Positions 44,705 to 53,901 are shown, counted from the stretch's first letter. The stretch: 64,000 nucleotides of DNA from Deltaproteobacteria bacterium (GCA_002687015.1 NYZB01000239.1:2657-66656), one strand, 5' to 3'. Translations and numbers: made by a program. Notes: a model not told the origin generated them from the letters alone.

Positions 44705-45499
44705 TCACGGGGCGTCGGGGGGGCAGTCGGCCAGGGCGCGACAGCCGATCTGCGCGTGCGCGCTGTGATAGGCGAGGTAGTGCTCGAGCACCCGCTCCTG
44801 GGTGGAACCGAAGGGCCTCGCGTGGAAGAGCCCTTCGAGCACCGCCTTGACCGTGGTCGCCCAGGGCGAGGGCGGAATGGTCTCGTAGGTCAGGCCGGCG
44901 GCGAGCAGCACGACACGCTGGTTCGGCAGGTACCCGGAGGCCCTGAGGGCGGGGAGGTAGGGATTCGACCGACCGGATTCCATGGGCGGGATCGGCGCCT
45001 CGACCGAGATCACCCGGTCCGGGAGCAGGGTGAGATCGCTCAGCTGGTTGAAGGAGACCGCCGCCGCCACGAGGAAGGCGGGCAGGACGGCCGGACGCAG
45101 CCAGCGGCGTGGCGGGTGCACGAGGAGCCCCGCCGCTGCAGCGGCGGCCGCGTGGATCGCGGCGACGGATACCAGGAAGCTCGGGTACACGAAGACGGGG
45201 AGCCCAGACACCAGCAGCAGCCATTCGCCAATGCTCGCGACGTGCCCCGAGAACACCATGATCGGGAAGTAGGCGAGTCGCCACCCGAGGGCGACTGCCA
45301 ACACGAGCCGCCACAGGGGCGCGGACGGGCCGTCGATCCATCGAAAGGCCCAGGCTCCGAGCAGGGCCCCGCCGATCGACGCCGCCTGCAGGCCGAAGAA
45401 GAGGGGCCCTTGCCGAAGTGGGAGGGTTCCGTCGATGCGAAGACCCAGGATCGCGAGCCCCGCCACCGCGAGCCCAGCCGCAACCGGGAGGGATCTCAC
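44705..45499 (-). CDS. hypothetical polytopic membrane protein
   Basis: ORF 44705..45760 trimmed to GTG 45499, which makes a GTGA overlap with the desaturase stop. About 6 hydrophobic helices followed by a soluble C-terminal domain. Confidence 0.55.
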   Translation of the reverse strand: MRSLPVAAGLAVAGLAILGLRIDGTLPLRQGPLFFGLQAASIGGALLGAWAFRWIDGPSAPLWRLVLAVALGWRLAYFPIMVFSGHVASIGEWLLLVSGLPVFVYPSFLVSVAAIHAAAAAAAGLLVHPPRRWLRPAVLPAFLVAAAVSFNQLSDLTLLPDRVISVEAPIPPMESGRSNPYLPALRASGYLPNQRVVLLAAGLTYETIPPSPWATTVKAVLEGLFHARPFGSTQERVLEHYLAYHSAHAQIGCRALADCPPDAP

Positions 45500-46311
45500 C
45501 AGACGATCTTGCTTCGCAGCTCCGGCGCGACGACGTCGAGACGCTTGGAGAGCTCGGGCAGGTGGCAGGTGGGCACGGCGGGGAAGAGGTGATGCTCGAG
45601 GTGGTAGAACATGTTGTAGGAGACGAAGGACTTGACGTCGTTGCGCAAGGTGCGGGCGATGAAGTGGGTCCGGTCGCAGTCGTGATGCACCGTCCACACG
45701 GCGAAGAAGGCCGAGAAACACTGGCCGATCACCATCGCGATGACGTGATACTGGAGCCACGCCAGGTCGAAGACCCCGAAGGCCAGCACGAACATGCTGC
45801 CGACGGCCGCCAGCTCGGCCCAGATGAAGCGGCGCACGCGCGGCTTGCCCATGGTGAGGGCGGCGTGGTGCAGGTGGATGGGAAAGCGGGGACCGGTGGC
45901 CAGCGCCTTCCAGCCGGGCATGCGCGCGGCCATCGCCTCGACGTCGTTGTCATCCATGCAGTGGCGATGGTGGCGAAGGTGATTCCACTGCACCGCGTGC
46001 ATCGAGCTCATCATGAGCGGCGAGAGGATGAACATCAGCACTTCGTGGCCCCGGGGGCTCACGCCCACTGCGTAGTGGAAGGCGTTGTGCACCTGGCGCA
46101 GGCCGCACAGGAAGAAGATGAAGGAAGAGGCCAGTGCAGGGAGGAACCAGGCGGCGTGCCAGGTGGCGCCCCAATGGGCGAACACGAACGAGGCCAGCAG
46201 CCACGGGACGTAGATCACCACCTCGTAGGCCACCTCGACGGGCCCCAGATTGCAGAGGTCCCGCCACTCGATCTTCTGCATCCGCGGGTCCCGCAGGATT
46301 TCCAGCGCCAT
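45496..46311 (-). CDS. membrane fatty-acid desaturase family protein
   Basis: Three His boxes: HNAFH, HLRHHRH and HLEHH. Confidence 0.85.
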   Translation of the reverse strand: MALEILRDPRMQKIEWRDLCNLGPVEVAYEVVIYVPWLLASFVFAHWGATWHAAWFLPALASSFIFFLCGLRQVHNAFHYAVGVSPRGHEVLMFILSPLMMSSMHAVQWNHLRHHRHCMDDNDVEAMAARMPGWKALATGPRFPIHLHHAALTMGKPRVRRFIWAELAAVGSMFVLAFGVFDLAWLQYHVIAMVIGQCFSAFFAVWTVHHDCDRTHFIARTLRNDVKSFVSYNMFYHLEHHLFPAVPTCHLPELSKRLDVVAPELRSKIVW

Positions 46312-46483
46312 CGGTCCAACTCCTCCCAGATTGCGGGGCCTGATTCAAGCACTCGGACCCGACGAACGCCAGGGGGCACAAGCCCCTGGAATGATTACGT
46401 TTTGCTCACTCAGGTGGAAGCCGCGAGCGGTCGATGAAGGGGCACCCCCCAAGAGGCCCCAGGGCCGCCAGGACTCCCCCTCC

Positions 46484-47536
46484 GTGCAATGCCCGCGCTG
46501 CAACCACGTCCAGGAACCGACCCCCGAATGCCGGGCCTGCGGAATCGTGGTCGCCAAGTACGAGGCGCGCGTCCGCGCCGAGCCGGATCCGCAGGAGGGG
46601 GCAGAGACGCCGCCCTCGTCAGGTGCATGGAAGAGCTCCCTGGCTGGAGCCGCGATCGTGCTCGGCGTGGTCCTGATCGGCGCCCTGCTGCTGCGCGGTC
46701 CCCAGGCCGATGCCGACCGGTCCACAGAAGCCGCAGCCGGGGTAGCCCGCGCGGAGCCGACCAATCCCGTCGAGGTCGCGCGCCGGGCCACGGTGCGGAT
46801 CGAGAGCGGCTGGGGCAAGGGCGCGGGCTTCTTCATCAACGACGCCTGTCAGATCGTCACCACCCGCAGCCTGGTCGATCCGGAGCTGCAGCGAGACGAG
46901 CTGGACGGCAAGGCAAGCAGCGCCGAGAAGAAGCTGCGTCGCCAACGCGAGCGCGTGGACGAGCTCGCCGAGCAGGTCCAACACGGCCCGGCCTCGGGAC
47001 GCGCCCGCGCAGCGAGGCGGCTCGAGGAGGAGCGGACCAGCCTCGAGCGGGCGAAGCGCCGCTTCGACGAACGCAACGGCGCCAGCCGCAGCCTGTGGTT
47101 CAGCCGAAACGAGCTGCGCGTCACCGACGTGGATGGGGAGGAGCTGCAGGTCTCCCAGCAGTACGTCTCCCAGCGCCGCGATCTCGCCCTGCTCTGGGTC
47201 GGCCGTCAGGGCTGCCCCTACCTGGAGGGCAGGCCGGCCGAGGGGACACCGAAGAAGCTCCGGGTCTTCGCACTCGGCTTCCAGGGTGTGCGCTCGCCCC
47301 TCACCTACCGCGCCCACACCATCGGCCTGGAGGACGACCGCAAGCCCTTCCTCATGGTGGACAAACACTTCGGAAGGAGCGTGAAGGGCGGGCCGCTGGT
47401 CAGCTACGGCGGCAAGGTGCTGGGCGTCACCGCCTTCCCGCGCCACAGGTCCCACCGCCGAGGGCACGCGATCCCGATCGAAGAGGTGTGGAACGAGCTC
47501 GGTGCCCACCTCGAGTCGCCGCTGGCACGGCGCTAG
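46484..47536 (+). CDS. zinc-ribbon / TM / trypsin-fold protein lacking catalytic His and Ser (pseudoprotease), with coiled-coil insert
   Basis: GTG 46484 gives (M)QCPRCNHVQEPTPECRACGIVVAKYE. TM segment LAGAAIVLGVVLIGALLL. Trypsin-like blocks GAGFFINDACQIVTTRSLV, DLALLWV and SVKGGPLVSYGGKVLGV. Alternative ATG at 46391. Confidence 0.65.
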   Translation: MQCPRCNHVQEPTPECRACGIVVAKYEARVRAEPDPQEGAETPPSSGAWKSSLAGAAIVLGVVLIGALLLRGPQADADRSTEAAAGVARAEPTNPVEVARRATVRIESGWGKGAGFFINDACQIVTTRSLVDPELQRDELDGKASSAEKKLRRQRERVDELAEQVQHGPASGRARAARRLEEERTSLERAKRRFDERNGASRSLWFSRNELRVTDVDGEELQVSQQYVSQRRDLALLWVGRQGCPYLEGRPAEGTPKKLRVFALGFQGVRSPLTYRAHTIGLEDDRKPFLMVDKHFGRSVKGGPLVSYGGKVLGVTAFPRHRSHRRGHAIPIEEVWNELGAHLESPLARR

Positions 47537-47550
47537 GGGAGGGGTCGGGC

Positions 47551-48999
47551 TCAGCCCTCCGGAGGCGGGTACAGCCCCGTCTGGGGGTGGAAGGCCTGCC
47601 ACGCGAACCAGTAGGCCAGGGTTCCCGGGACCCGGGGCGCGCGCTTTCCATCGGGGCCGAGCAGGGCTTCCTCACCGATCTTCCAGCGCGCGCCGTCGGC
47701 GTCGAGCAGGGTCTCTTCGTCGGGCCCGAGCCGGAAGGTGGCGCCGGGGCTCGCGTAGGCCCGTACGGCGCCGCCCGCGTCGTAGCGCACGGGACCGGAG
47801 CGCCGGGTGTAGCCCTCGACCTCGATGCGACCGTCGGCCGCGACGAGGACCAGGGCCAGCTCTCCCAGCTGGTCGTTCACCACCTTCTCCTCGACGAGCG
47901 AGGACAGGGTCCAGGCCTTCGCCACGCCCCCTCGCGACAGGCCGAAGATGCGCTCCTTGCTCGCCTGCTCCTTGCGGCTCTCGGCCACGGGGAAGAGCTT
48001 CTGCTCCGAGGCGAAGTAGCTGCCGTAGGGCTCGCCGAGCTGGTACGGGCGATCGTGGCCGGTGTTCAGGGTGAGGACGGTGGTATCCGGGTGGCGCGTC
48101 TTCCATTCGCCCCAGGTCGTGACCACGGCGGGCAGGAGCCGCAGCTCCAGGTCATCGGCGGCCAGGCTCCCGAACACCGGCCGCCCCGTGAGCTGGTTCC
48201 ACAGGGTCCGGGTCGCACGGTCGTACATCAGCTTGTTGCTGCGGTACAGGAAGCCCGAGGTGCCGAAGTCGAGGGGCTCCTCGCGCCCGGGAAGGCGCCC
48301 GTCGTAGGCGATGCCCGAGCCGCACAAGGTGCAGTAGGCCAGCGAGAGCGGCACGCCGCCCAGCCGGTCATTCGCGAGCTCGTGCCAGTCCAGGACGCGC
48401 AGGGGGTAGGCGCGGCGCGCGCCGCCGGCGGCCACGCCGAAGACGGGCTCGCCGTCTTCCATGTGCGCGGCTTCGGAAGCCGGTACGTGCTCGGGGTGTT
48501 CGAGGGGCGGAATGCCGTCGACGGGGACACCGCCCCAGTCGATCTCCTCGACCCGGATGCGGCTCGGCGCCTCGTCGGTCAAGAAGCTCGCATAGGCGGG
48601 ATCGAGCTCGGAGAGCAGGCGCCCCTTCCAGCTCGCGAACCCCGGCGGCGCGCTCAGCTCCGTGGCGCCGTACCACTCCGCCCAACCGAACCAATCACCG
48701 CCCAGGTTCTGGCCGCTCAGGCGCTCCAGGGTGACGATGCGTTGGTTGTAGCCGTTGCGGCCTGCGATCCCGAGCTGGCCCGCGCGCACCAGCTCGATGA
48801 GGGGTGCGATGAAGCGCTCGTCGCCGGCGGTCTCGATCTCCCGGAGCGCCGCCTCCTGGGAGGGGACCTCCTCGTCGAGCAACGCGGCGAGCAACGCCGC
48901 CTCCCGGCCGGCGGCGACCGTCGACGCGGTGGGCTCCTCGGCGCAGGCGCCGAGGAGCAGCAGGACCGTGCACAGGAGCGCGGCGCGCCCGCGGCCCAC
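47551..48999 (-). CDS. DUF3179 domain-containing lipoprotein
   Basis: GTG 48999 gives GRGRAALLCTVLLLLGAC (lipobox). Contains RRAYPLRVLDWHELANDRLGGVPLSLAYCTLCGSG...FGTSGFLYRSNKLMYDRATRTLWNQ. Confidence 0.8.
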   Translation of the reverse strand: MGRGRAALLCTVLLLLGACAEEPTASTVAAGREAALLAALLDEEVPSQEAALREIETAGDERFIAPLIELVRAGQLGIAGRNGYNQRIVTLERLSGQNLGGDWFGWAEWYGATELSAPPGFASWKGRLLSELDPAYASFLTDEAPSRIRVEEIDWGGVPVDGIPPLEHPEHVPASEAAHMEDGEPVFGVAAGGARRAYPLRVLDWHELANDRLGGVPLSLAYCTLCGSGIAYDGRLPGREEPLDFGTSGFLYRSNKLMYDRATRTLWNQLTGRPVFGSLAADDLELRLLPAVVTTWGEWKTRHPDTTVLTLNTGHDRPYQLGEPYGSYFASEQKLFPVAESRKEQASKERIFGLSRGGVAKAWTLSSLVEEKVVNDQLGELALVLVAADGRIEVEGYTRRSGPVRYDAGGAVRAYASPGATFRLGPDEETLLDADGARWKIGEEALLGPDGKRAPRVPGTLAYWFAWQAFHPQTGLYPPPEG

Positions 49000-49001
49000 C
49001 C

Positions 49002-49484
49002 TCAGCTCGCGGCGGCGATCGTCGCAAAGGCCTCCACGACCTCCGGCGGCGCCTGCACCAGCTCGATGAGCACGCCGCAGCCGCCGATCGGCGCCGCGTC
49101 GTTGCCCTTGGGATGCACGAAGCACACGTCGTGACCGGTGGCCCCCTTCCGGATGCCACCGGGCGCGAAGCGCATCCCCTTCGCCTCGAGCCAGGCCACG
49201 GCCGCTTGCAGGTCGTCGATCCACAGGCCCACGTGATTGAGGGCCGGTTCGTGGACCTTGGGGCGCTTGCCCGGGTCGAGGGGCTGCATCAGGTCCACCT
49301 CGACCTTGAGGGGGCCTCGGCCGCAGGTCGCGATGTCCTCGTCCACGTTCTCGCTCTCGCTCTGGAATTCGTGGCTCAGCTCGAGCCCCAGCGTGTCGAT
49401 CCAGAGCTTGCGCAGCTCCATCTTGTCGAGGCCGCCCACGGCGATCTGCTGGACGCCGAGGACCTTGAAGGGACGATCGGACAC
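49002..49484 (-). CDS. VOC (glyoxalase/epimerase-like) family protein
   Basis: 160 aa. Paired beta-alpha-beta-beta-beta modules with HVGLWIDD and CFVHPKG. Confidence 0.75.
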   Translation of the reverse strand: MSDRPFKVLGVQQIAVGGLDKMELRKLWIDTLGLELSHEFQSESENVDEDIATCGRGPLKVEVDLMQPLDPGKRPKVHEPALNHVGLWIDDLQAAVAWLEAKGMRFAPGGIRKGATGHDVCFVHPKGNDAAPIGGCGVLIELVQAPPEVVEAFATIAAAS

Positions 49485-49567
49485 GGGAACCTCCGGGGAA
49501 GGGGACTTCGGGGGGAAGGGCGAGGAGCATAGGCCAAGCGGGGATTCCGTTCCCCTCCCCCTCCGCC

Positions 49568-50950
49568 ATGAGCGCTGATGGCCCCAAGGCCTCCGTCTAC
49601 TTCCACTCCCTGGGATGCCCGAAGAACCTCCTGGACACGGAGGTCATGCTGGGCACCCTGGCGACGCGGGGCTACGCCCTGGCCGAATCCCTGGACGATG
49701 CGGACGTGGCGGTCATCAACACCTGCTCGTTCATCGAGAGCGCCCGGGAGGAGTCGATCCAGGCGATCCTGGACGTGGCCGACCTCCGGCAGAGCGGCCG
49801 TCTGCGTTCGCTGGTGGTCGCGGGCTGCCTGCCCCAACGCTACGGGGCGGAGCTCGCCAAGGAGCTGCCCGAGGTCGACGTCTTCGTCGGAACCTCGCAC
49901 TACCAGGCCATCGACGGGATCCTCGACGACGCCCTGGCCGGGCGGGGCCGCGGGCTCTACGTCGAGCCCGGCCATACCCATCTCTACGACCACGAGGCGC
50001 CCCGCGTGCTCTCGGGCCACGGCGCGTCGGCCTACCTGAAGATCGCCGAGGGCTGCGACCGCGTCTGCGCGTTCTGCGCCATCCCGGAGATCCGGGGCCG
50101 CTTCCAGAGCCGGGAGCTCCACTCCGTGCTCGCGGAGGCCGAGCAGCTCGCCAGCATGGGCGTGCGGGAGATCAACCTGGTGGCCCAGGACTCGACGGCC
50201 TGGGGCAAGGACCTGCACCCGATCGCGGAGGGAGCGGGCAGACCTCGCATCGCCGAGCTGCTGCGCGGCCTCGACGACGTGGAGGGCCTGGAATGGGTGC
50301 GGCTGCTCTACATCTATCCGACCAGCGTCGACGATGCGCTGCTCGAGGTCCTGGCGAACGGCAAGCGCGTGCTGCCCTACGTCGACATCCCCCTCCAGCA
50401 CGCTGCCGAGAACCTGTTGAAGCGGATGCGACGGGGGACCACGGCCGATCGCCAGCGCGCGCTCGTCGAGAGGATTCGCTCGGCGATCCCGCACGCGACG
50501 CTGCGCACGACCTACATCGTCGGGTTTCCGGGCGAGACCGACGAGGACTTCGAGACCCTGCTGCAGTTCGCGCGGGACACGCCCTTCGATCGGGTCGGCG
50601 TGTTCCGCTACTCGGATGAAGAGGGAACGGCCGGCTTCGAGCTGGGCGAGAAGGTCCCGCGGGAGCTGGCGCGCGAGCGCTACCAGCGCCTCACGGCCCT
50701 GCTCGCCGAGCAGCTGGCGGCGCGGCTCGAAGGGCAGGTGGGCAAGATCGCCGACGCCCTGGTCGAGGGCCCGGTCGGCGGGGGATGGCTCCAGGCCCGT
50801 CTCGCGAGCCAGGCGCCGGAGATCGACGGAGTGACCTTCCTGCGCCCCTGGGAGGGGTTCGGGGCGGGGGACCTGGTGCCGGTCAGGATCACGGGCGTTC
50901 GCGGCGGGGTCGACCTGGAAGCCGAGAGGTTCGATCCGGCTTCTTTGTGA
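49568..50950 (+). CDS. rimO: ribosomal protein S12 methylthiotransferase RimO
   Basis: N-terminal [15 protein letters not shown]...VINTCSFI. Radical-SAM motif CDRVCAFC. C-terminal TRAM-like domain. Confidence 0.9.
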   Translation: MSADGPKASVYFHSLGCPKNLLDTEVMLGTLATRGYALAESLDDADVAVINTCSFIESAREESIQAILDVADLRQSGRLRSLVVAGCLPQRYGAELAKELPEVDVFVGTSHYQAIDGILDDALAGRGRGLYVEPGHTHLYDHEAPRVLSGHGASAYLKIAEGCDRVCAFCAIPEIRGRFQSRELHSVLAEAEQLASMGVREINLVAQDSTAWGKDLHPIAEGAGRPRIAELLRGLDDVEGLEWVRLLYIYPTSVDDALLEVLANGKRVLPYVDIPLQHAAENLLKRMRRGTTADRQRALVERIRSAIPHATLRTTYIVGFPGETDEDFETLLQFARDTPFDRVGVFRYSDEEGTAGFELGEKVPRELARERYQRLTALLAEQLAARLEGQVGKIADALVEGPVGGGWLQARLASQAPEIDGVTFLRPWEGFGAGDLVPVRITGVRGGVDLEAERFDPASL

Positions 50951-50961
50951 TCTCTGTCACA
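50946..50961. promoter_or_regulatory. perfect CRP-family palindrome TGTGA-N6-TCACA
   Basis: TTTGTGAtctctgTCACAAA has 7-nt arms. It overlaps the rimO stop codon. Its centre is about 61 nt upstream of the ATG at 51015. Confidence 0.5.
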
Positions 50962-51014
50962 AATGGGGTGATTTCCACTCAAGTCTCCCATCGAGGTCCC
51001 CGATACAGCCTTCG

Positions 51015-51494
51015 ATGGACCCCGTCCCCCGAGCCCTGGTGCTTCTGGCCACCGCCGTGTGGCTGATCGGGGTGCCCTCGAGCGCCACCGGGGCCCGGAT
51101 TGGCAAGAGCGAGGCGCGGGACGGTGCGAGCATCGCCTTCAACGAGGTCGGGGGTCGACTGACGCTCCCGTCCCTCCGAACCGGGGCGAAGCTCGAGACC
51201 CACGAGCTGACTCCGGCCGTCGGCGCCGCCGTGCTCGGCGAGCCCCCGGCTCCGGTCGCATGGGGCGGGAGCAGCCCCGCCCGGGAGTTCCCGGGCTGGC
51301 GGGCTCTCGCACCGGTCGGGTCGGGTCGCCGGCTGGCCACCCTCATCCCGGAGCCGCTCCCGGCGCTGGTCCTCGACGCCTGGCTCCTGGCGATCGGTGG
51401 GCACCTGGCAATCGGAGAGCTCCGGAGCCGATCCTCGAGGCGCCGGCGAAGCTGGTGGCGGCGGCGGCGGCACCGCCGGCGTCGGACCGACTAG
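51015..51494 (+). CDS. small secreted protein with PEP-CTERM-like C-terminal sorting signal
   Basis: Signal peptide MDPVPRALVLLATAVWLIGVPSSA. C-terminus IPEP-LPALVLDAWLLAIGGHLAIG-ELRSRSSRRRR. Good GC3. Confidence 0.4.
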   Translation: MDPVPRALVLLATAVWLIGVPSSATGARIGKSEARDGASIAFNEVGGRLTLPSLRTGAKLETHELTPAVGAAVLGEPPAPVAWGGSSPAREFPGWRALAPVGSGRRLATLIPEPLPALVLDAWLLAIGGHLAIGELRSRSSRRRRSWWRRRRHRRRRTD

Positions 51495-52090
51495 CCTTTC
51501 CATCCGCGGCCGAGGAGGTAGCGCTCGGTCGTGCCCTTGCGGCTGGCCCGGGGCTTCAACACGCGCACGCTGGCGACCCTTCCACGCACCCGCTCCTGGA
51601 AGGCCTGGGCCTCGGGACAATCGAGAAGCTTGACGAGAAGGCTCCCACCGGTGGCGAGGAGTGCGGGTGCCGCGGTCTCGATCGCCTCGAGCAGCGCCTC
51701 CTCGCGCGCGCGATCGGTCGCGCGAACCCCGGTGAGCTTGGGCGCGGCGTCGCTCAGGAGCACATCCGCCGGACCGCCCAGCCGCTCGAGAATCTCTTTC
51801 TGGACGGGACCTTCGGTGAGATCGCCCACCAAAGCGAACACGTTCGCAAGCTCTAGGGGCGGGTCGACCTTCGCGAGGTCGACGCCCACCACGCGGCCTG
51901 CCGAGCCCACCTCCGCCGCTGCGACCTGGAGCCAGCCACCCGGCCAGCAGCCCAGGTCCACGACCCGTTGGCCGGCGCGGAGGACCCGGTGGGCGCCCTG
52001 CATCTCCTGCAGCTTGTACGCCGCCCGCGAGCGGAAGCCCTCGCGCTTCGCCCGCTGGTGGAACGCATCCTTCCGCTCGTACCGCGCCAT
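51491..52090 (-). CDS. rlmE: 23S rRNA (uridine2552-2'-O)-methyltransferase RlmE/FtsJ
   Basis: ORF trimmed to MARYERKDAFHQRAKREGFRSRAAYKLQE. Contains VVDLGCWPGGWLQV and LLSDAAPKLTG. Confidence 0.9.
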   Translation of the reverse strand: MARYERKDAFHQRAKREGFRSRAAYKLQEMQGAHRVLRAGQRVVDLGCWPGGWLQVAAAEVGSAGRVVGVDLAKVDPPLELANVFALVGDLTEGPVQKEILERLGGPADVLLSDAAPKLTGVRATDRAREEALLEAIETAAPALLATGGSLLVKLLDCPEAQAFQERVRGRVASVRVLKPRASRKGTTERYLLGRGWKG

Positions 52091-52138
52091 GACCAGACAG
52101 GTAACAAAGGGGGCCGACCCCTTCGCCAACGACCCGGG

Positions 52139-52780
52139 CTACTTGGGGGCGGAGGCGGGGCGGAGGCGGACGATGCCGTTCGCGTGGCCGGGGACGCCAC
52201 CGCGAACCAGGAGGAGGTTCTTCTCGGCGTCCACCTGGACGACCTCGAGGTTGCGGGTCGTCACCTTCTCCGAGCCCATGTGGCCGAACATGCCCTGGCC
52301 CTTGATGACCTTGCCGGGGTAGGCGCCCGCGCCGATCGAGCCCGGTCGGCGGTAGCCCTCGTGGGTGCCGTGGGTCTTGCGCTTGACCTTGTAGCCATGG
52401 CGGCGGACGGTGCCCTGGGTGCCCTTGCCCTTGCTGGTCCCGATCACATCGACCTTCTGGCCGGCCTCGAAGACGGAGGCCGTGATCTCGGCGCCCACCT
52501 CGAACTGGTCGAGCTCCTCGGCGGAGACGCGGCACTCCTTCAGGACCCGCTTGGGGCCGACGCCGGCCTTCTCGTAGTGGCCGATCCGGGGCTTCTGGAG
52601 GGTCTTGCGGCGCCGGTCGGAGAAGCCGAGCTGGAGGGCCGAATAGCCGTCCCGCTCGGGGGTCTTCTTCTGGACCACGGTGTTCGGGCCGGCCTCGAGG
52701 ACCGTGACCGGGATGCAGGCCCCTGCCTCATTGAAGACACGCGTCATGCCGATCTTGCGGCACAGAAGCTCGATAGCCAC
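52139..52780 (-). CDS. rplC: 50S ribosomal protein L3
   Basis: GTG start. Contains LLCRKIGMTRVFNEAGACIPVTVLE, GTSKGKGTQGTVRRHG, PGSIGAGAYPGKV and LLLVRGGVPG. Confidence 0.9.
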   Translation of the reverse strand: MAIELLCRKIGMTRVFNEAGACIPVTVLEAGPNTVVQKKTPERDGYSALQLGFSDRRRKTLQKPRIGHYEKAGVGPKRVLKECRVSAEELDQFEVGAEITASVFEAGQKVDVIGTSKGKGTQGTVRRHGYKVKRKTHGTHEGYRRPGSIGAGAYPGKVIKGQGMFGHMGSEKVTTRNLEVVQVDAEKNLLLVRGGVPGHANGIVRLRPASAPK

Positions 52781-52873
52781 GTTCAGACTCCCGGGAGACG
52801 AGGGGCGGGCCGCGGGCGCGCCTACGCGCGCACAGGCGGGAAAGACGGCGGATCATAGGAGGAAGGCCAAGTC

Positions 52874-53896
52874 GTGTCGACTGCACCCAGCGGGCCCGAA
52901 ACCCACCAGGTGGCGCTGATCCCGGGCGACGGGATCGGCCCCGAGGTGACGGGTGCGGCCCTCCAGGTCCTCGAGGCCGCCGGAGTCTCGATCCGGTGGG
53001 AGGAGGTCGAGGCGGGGGCCGAGGTGGTCCAGAAGCACGGCTCACCGGTCCCGGATCGAGCCCTCACCGCCATTCGCGGCTCCGGAGTCGCCCTGAAGGG
53101 CCCCATCGGGACGCCCATCGGCGAGGGCTTCCGCAGCGCCAACGTCACCCTCCGGCAGAGCCTCGATCTCTACGCCTCCGTCCGGCCGGTCAAGAACATC
53201 CCCGGGGTGCCGTGCCGCTACCAGGACGTGGATCTGGTCGTCGTCCGCGAGAACACCGAGGGCCTCTACTCGGGGCTCGAGCACCGGGTGGCCCCGGGAA
53301 TCGTCGAGAGCCTGAAGATCGTCACCGAGAGGGCTTCCCTGCGCATCGCCGCATGTGCGTTCGAGCTGGCCGAGCGAGAGGGTCGGCCCGAGGTCTGCAC
53401 CGTCCACAAGGCCAACATCATGAAGCTCTCGGACGGCCTCTTCCTCGAGTGCGCGCGGCGCGTGGCGAGGGAGCACCCGGACATCGTCCATCGCGAGATC
53501 ATCATCGACAACTGCGCCATGCAGCTCGTTCGCGATCCCTCGCGCTTCTCGGTGCTGCTGCTCGAGAACCTCTACGGCGACATCCTCTCCGACCTGTGTG
53601 CCGGATTGGTCGGCGGTCTCGGCGTGGTGCCGGGCGCCAACCTCGGCGACGACTGCGCGGTCTTCGAAGCCGTTCACGGCAGCGCACCCGATATCGCGGG
53701 CAAGCGCGTCGCGAACCCCACCGCCCTCATCCTGTCGTCGGTGATGATGCTGCGCCACCTCGGCGAGAGCGCGGCCGCCGACGCGATCGAGAACGCCGTC
53801 CACTCCGTCCTCGCCGACGAGAAGAACCACACCGCCGACATCGGCGGCACCGCGACCCTCGACGGGGTCACGGCGGCGATCACCGAGCGGCTCTAG
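52874..53896 (+). CDS. NAD-dependent isocitrate dehydrogenase (IDH3-like, isopropylmalate DH superfamily)
   Basis: GTG start with a GGAGGA RBS. Contains IPGDGIGPEV, LVVVRENTEGLYSG, NLYGDILSDL and VHGSAPDIAGK. Confidence 0.85.
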   Translation: MSTAPSGPETHQVALIPGDGIGPEVTGAALQVLEAAGVSIRWEEVEAGAEVVQKHGSPVPDRALTAIRGSGVALKGPIGTPIGEGFRSANVTLRQSLDLYASVRPVKNIPGVPCRYQDVDLVVVRENTEGLYSGLEHRVAPGIVESLKIVTERASLRIAACAFELAEREGRPEVCTVHKANIMKLSDGLFLECARRVAREHPDIVHREIIIDNCAMQLVRDPSRFSVLLLENLYGDILSDLCAGLVGGLGVVPGANLGDDCAVFEAVHGSAPDIAGKRVANPTALILSSVMMLRHLGESAAADAIENAVHSVLADEKNHTADIGGTATLDGVTAAITERL

Positions 53897-53901
53897 CCAC
53901 C

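Noticed and set aside
46369-46389. Perfect 7-bp-stem hairpin (CCAGGGG-GCACAAG-CCCCTGG) in the divergent region between the desaturase and pseudoprotease genes, abutting the ATG at 46391 and followed by a short T-run.
   Set aside because: There is no upstream plus-strand gene to terminate and no recognisable riboswitch or attenuator context. I used it only as an argument that 46484 rather than 46391 is the real start.
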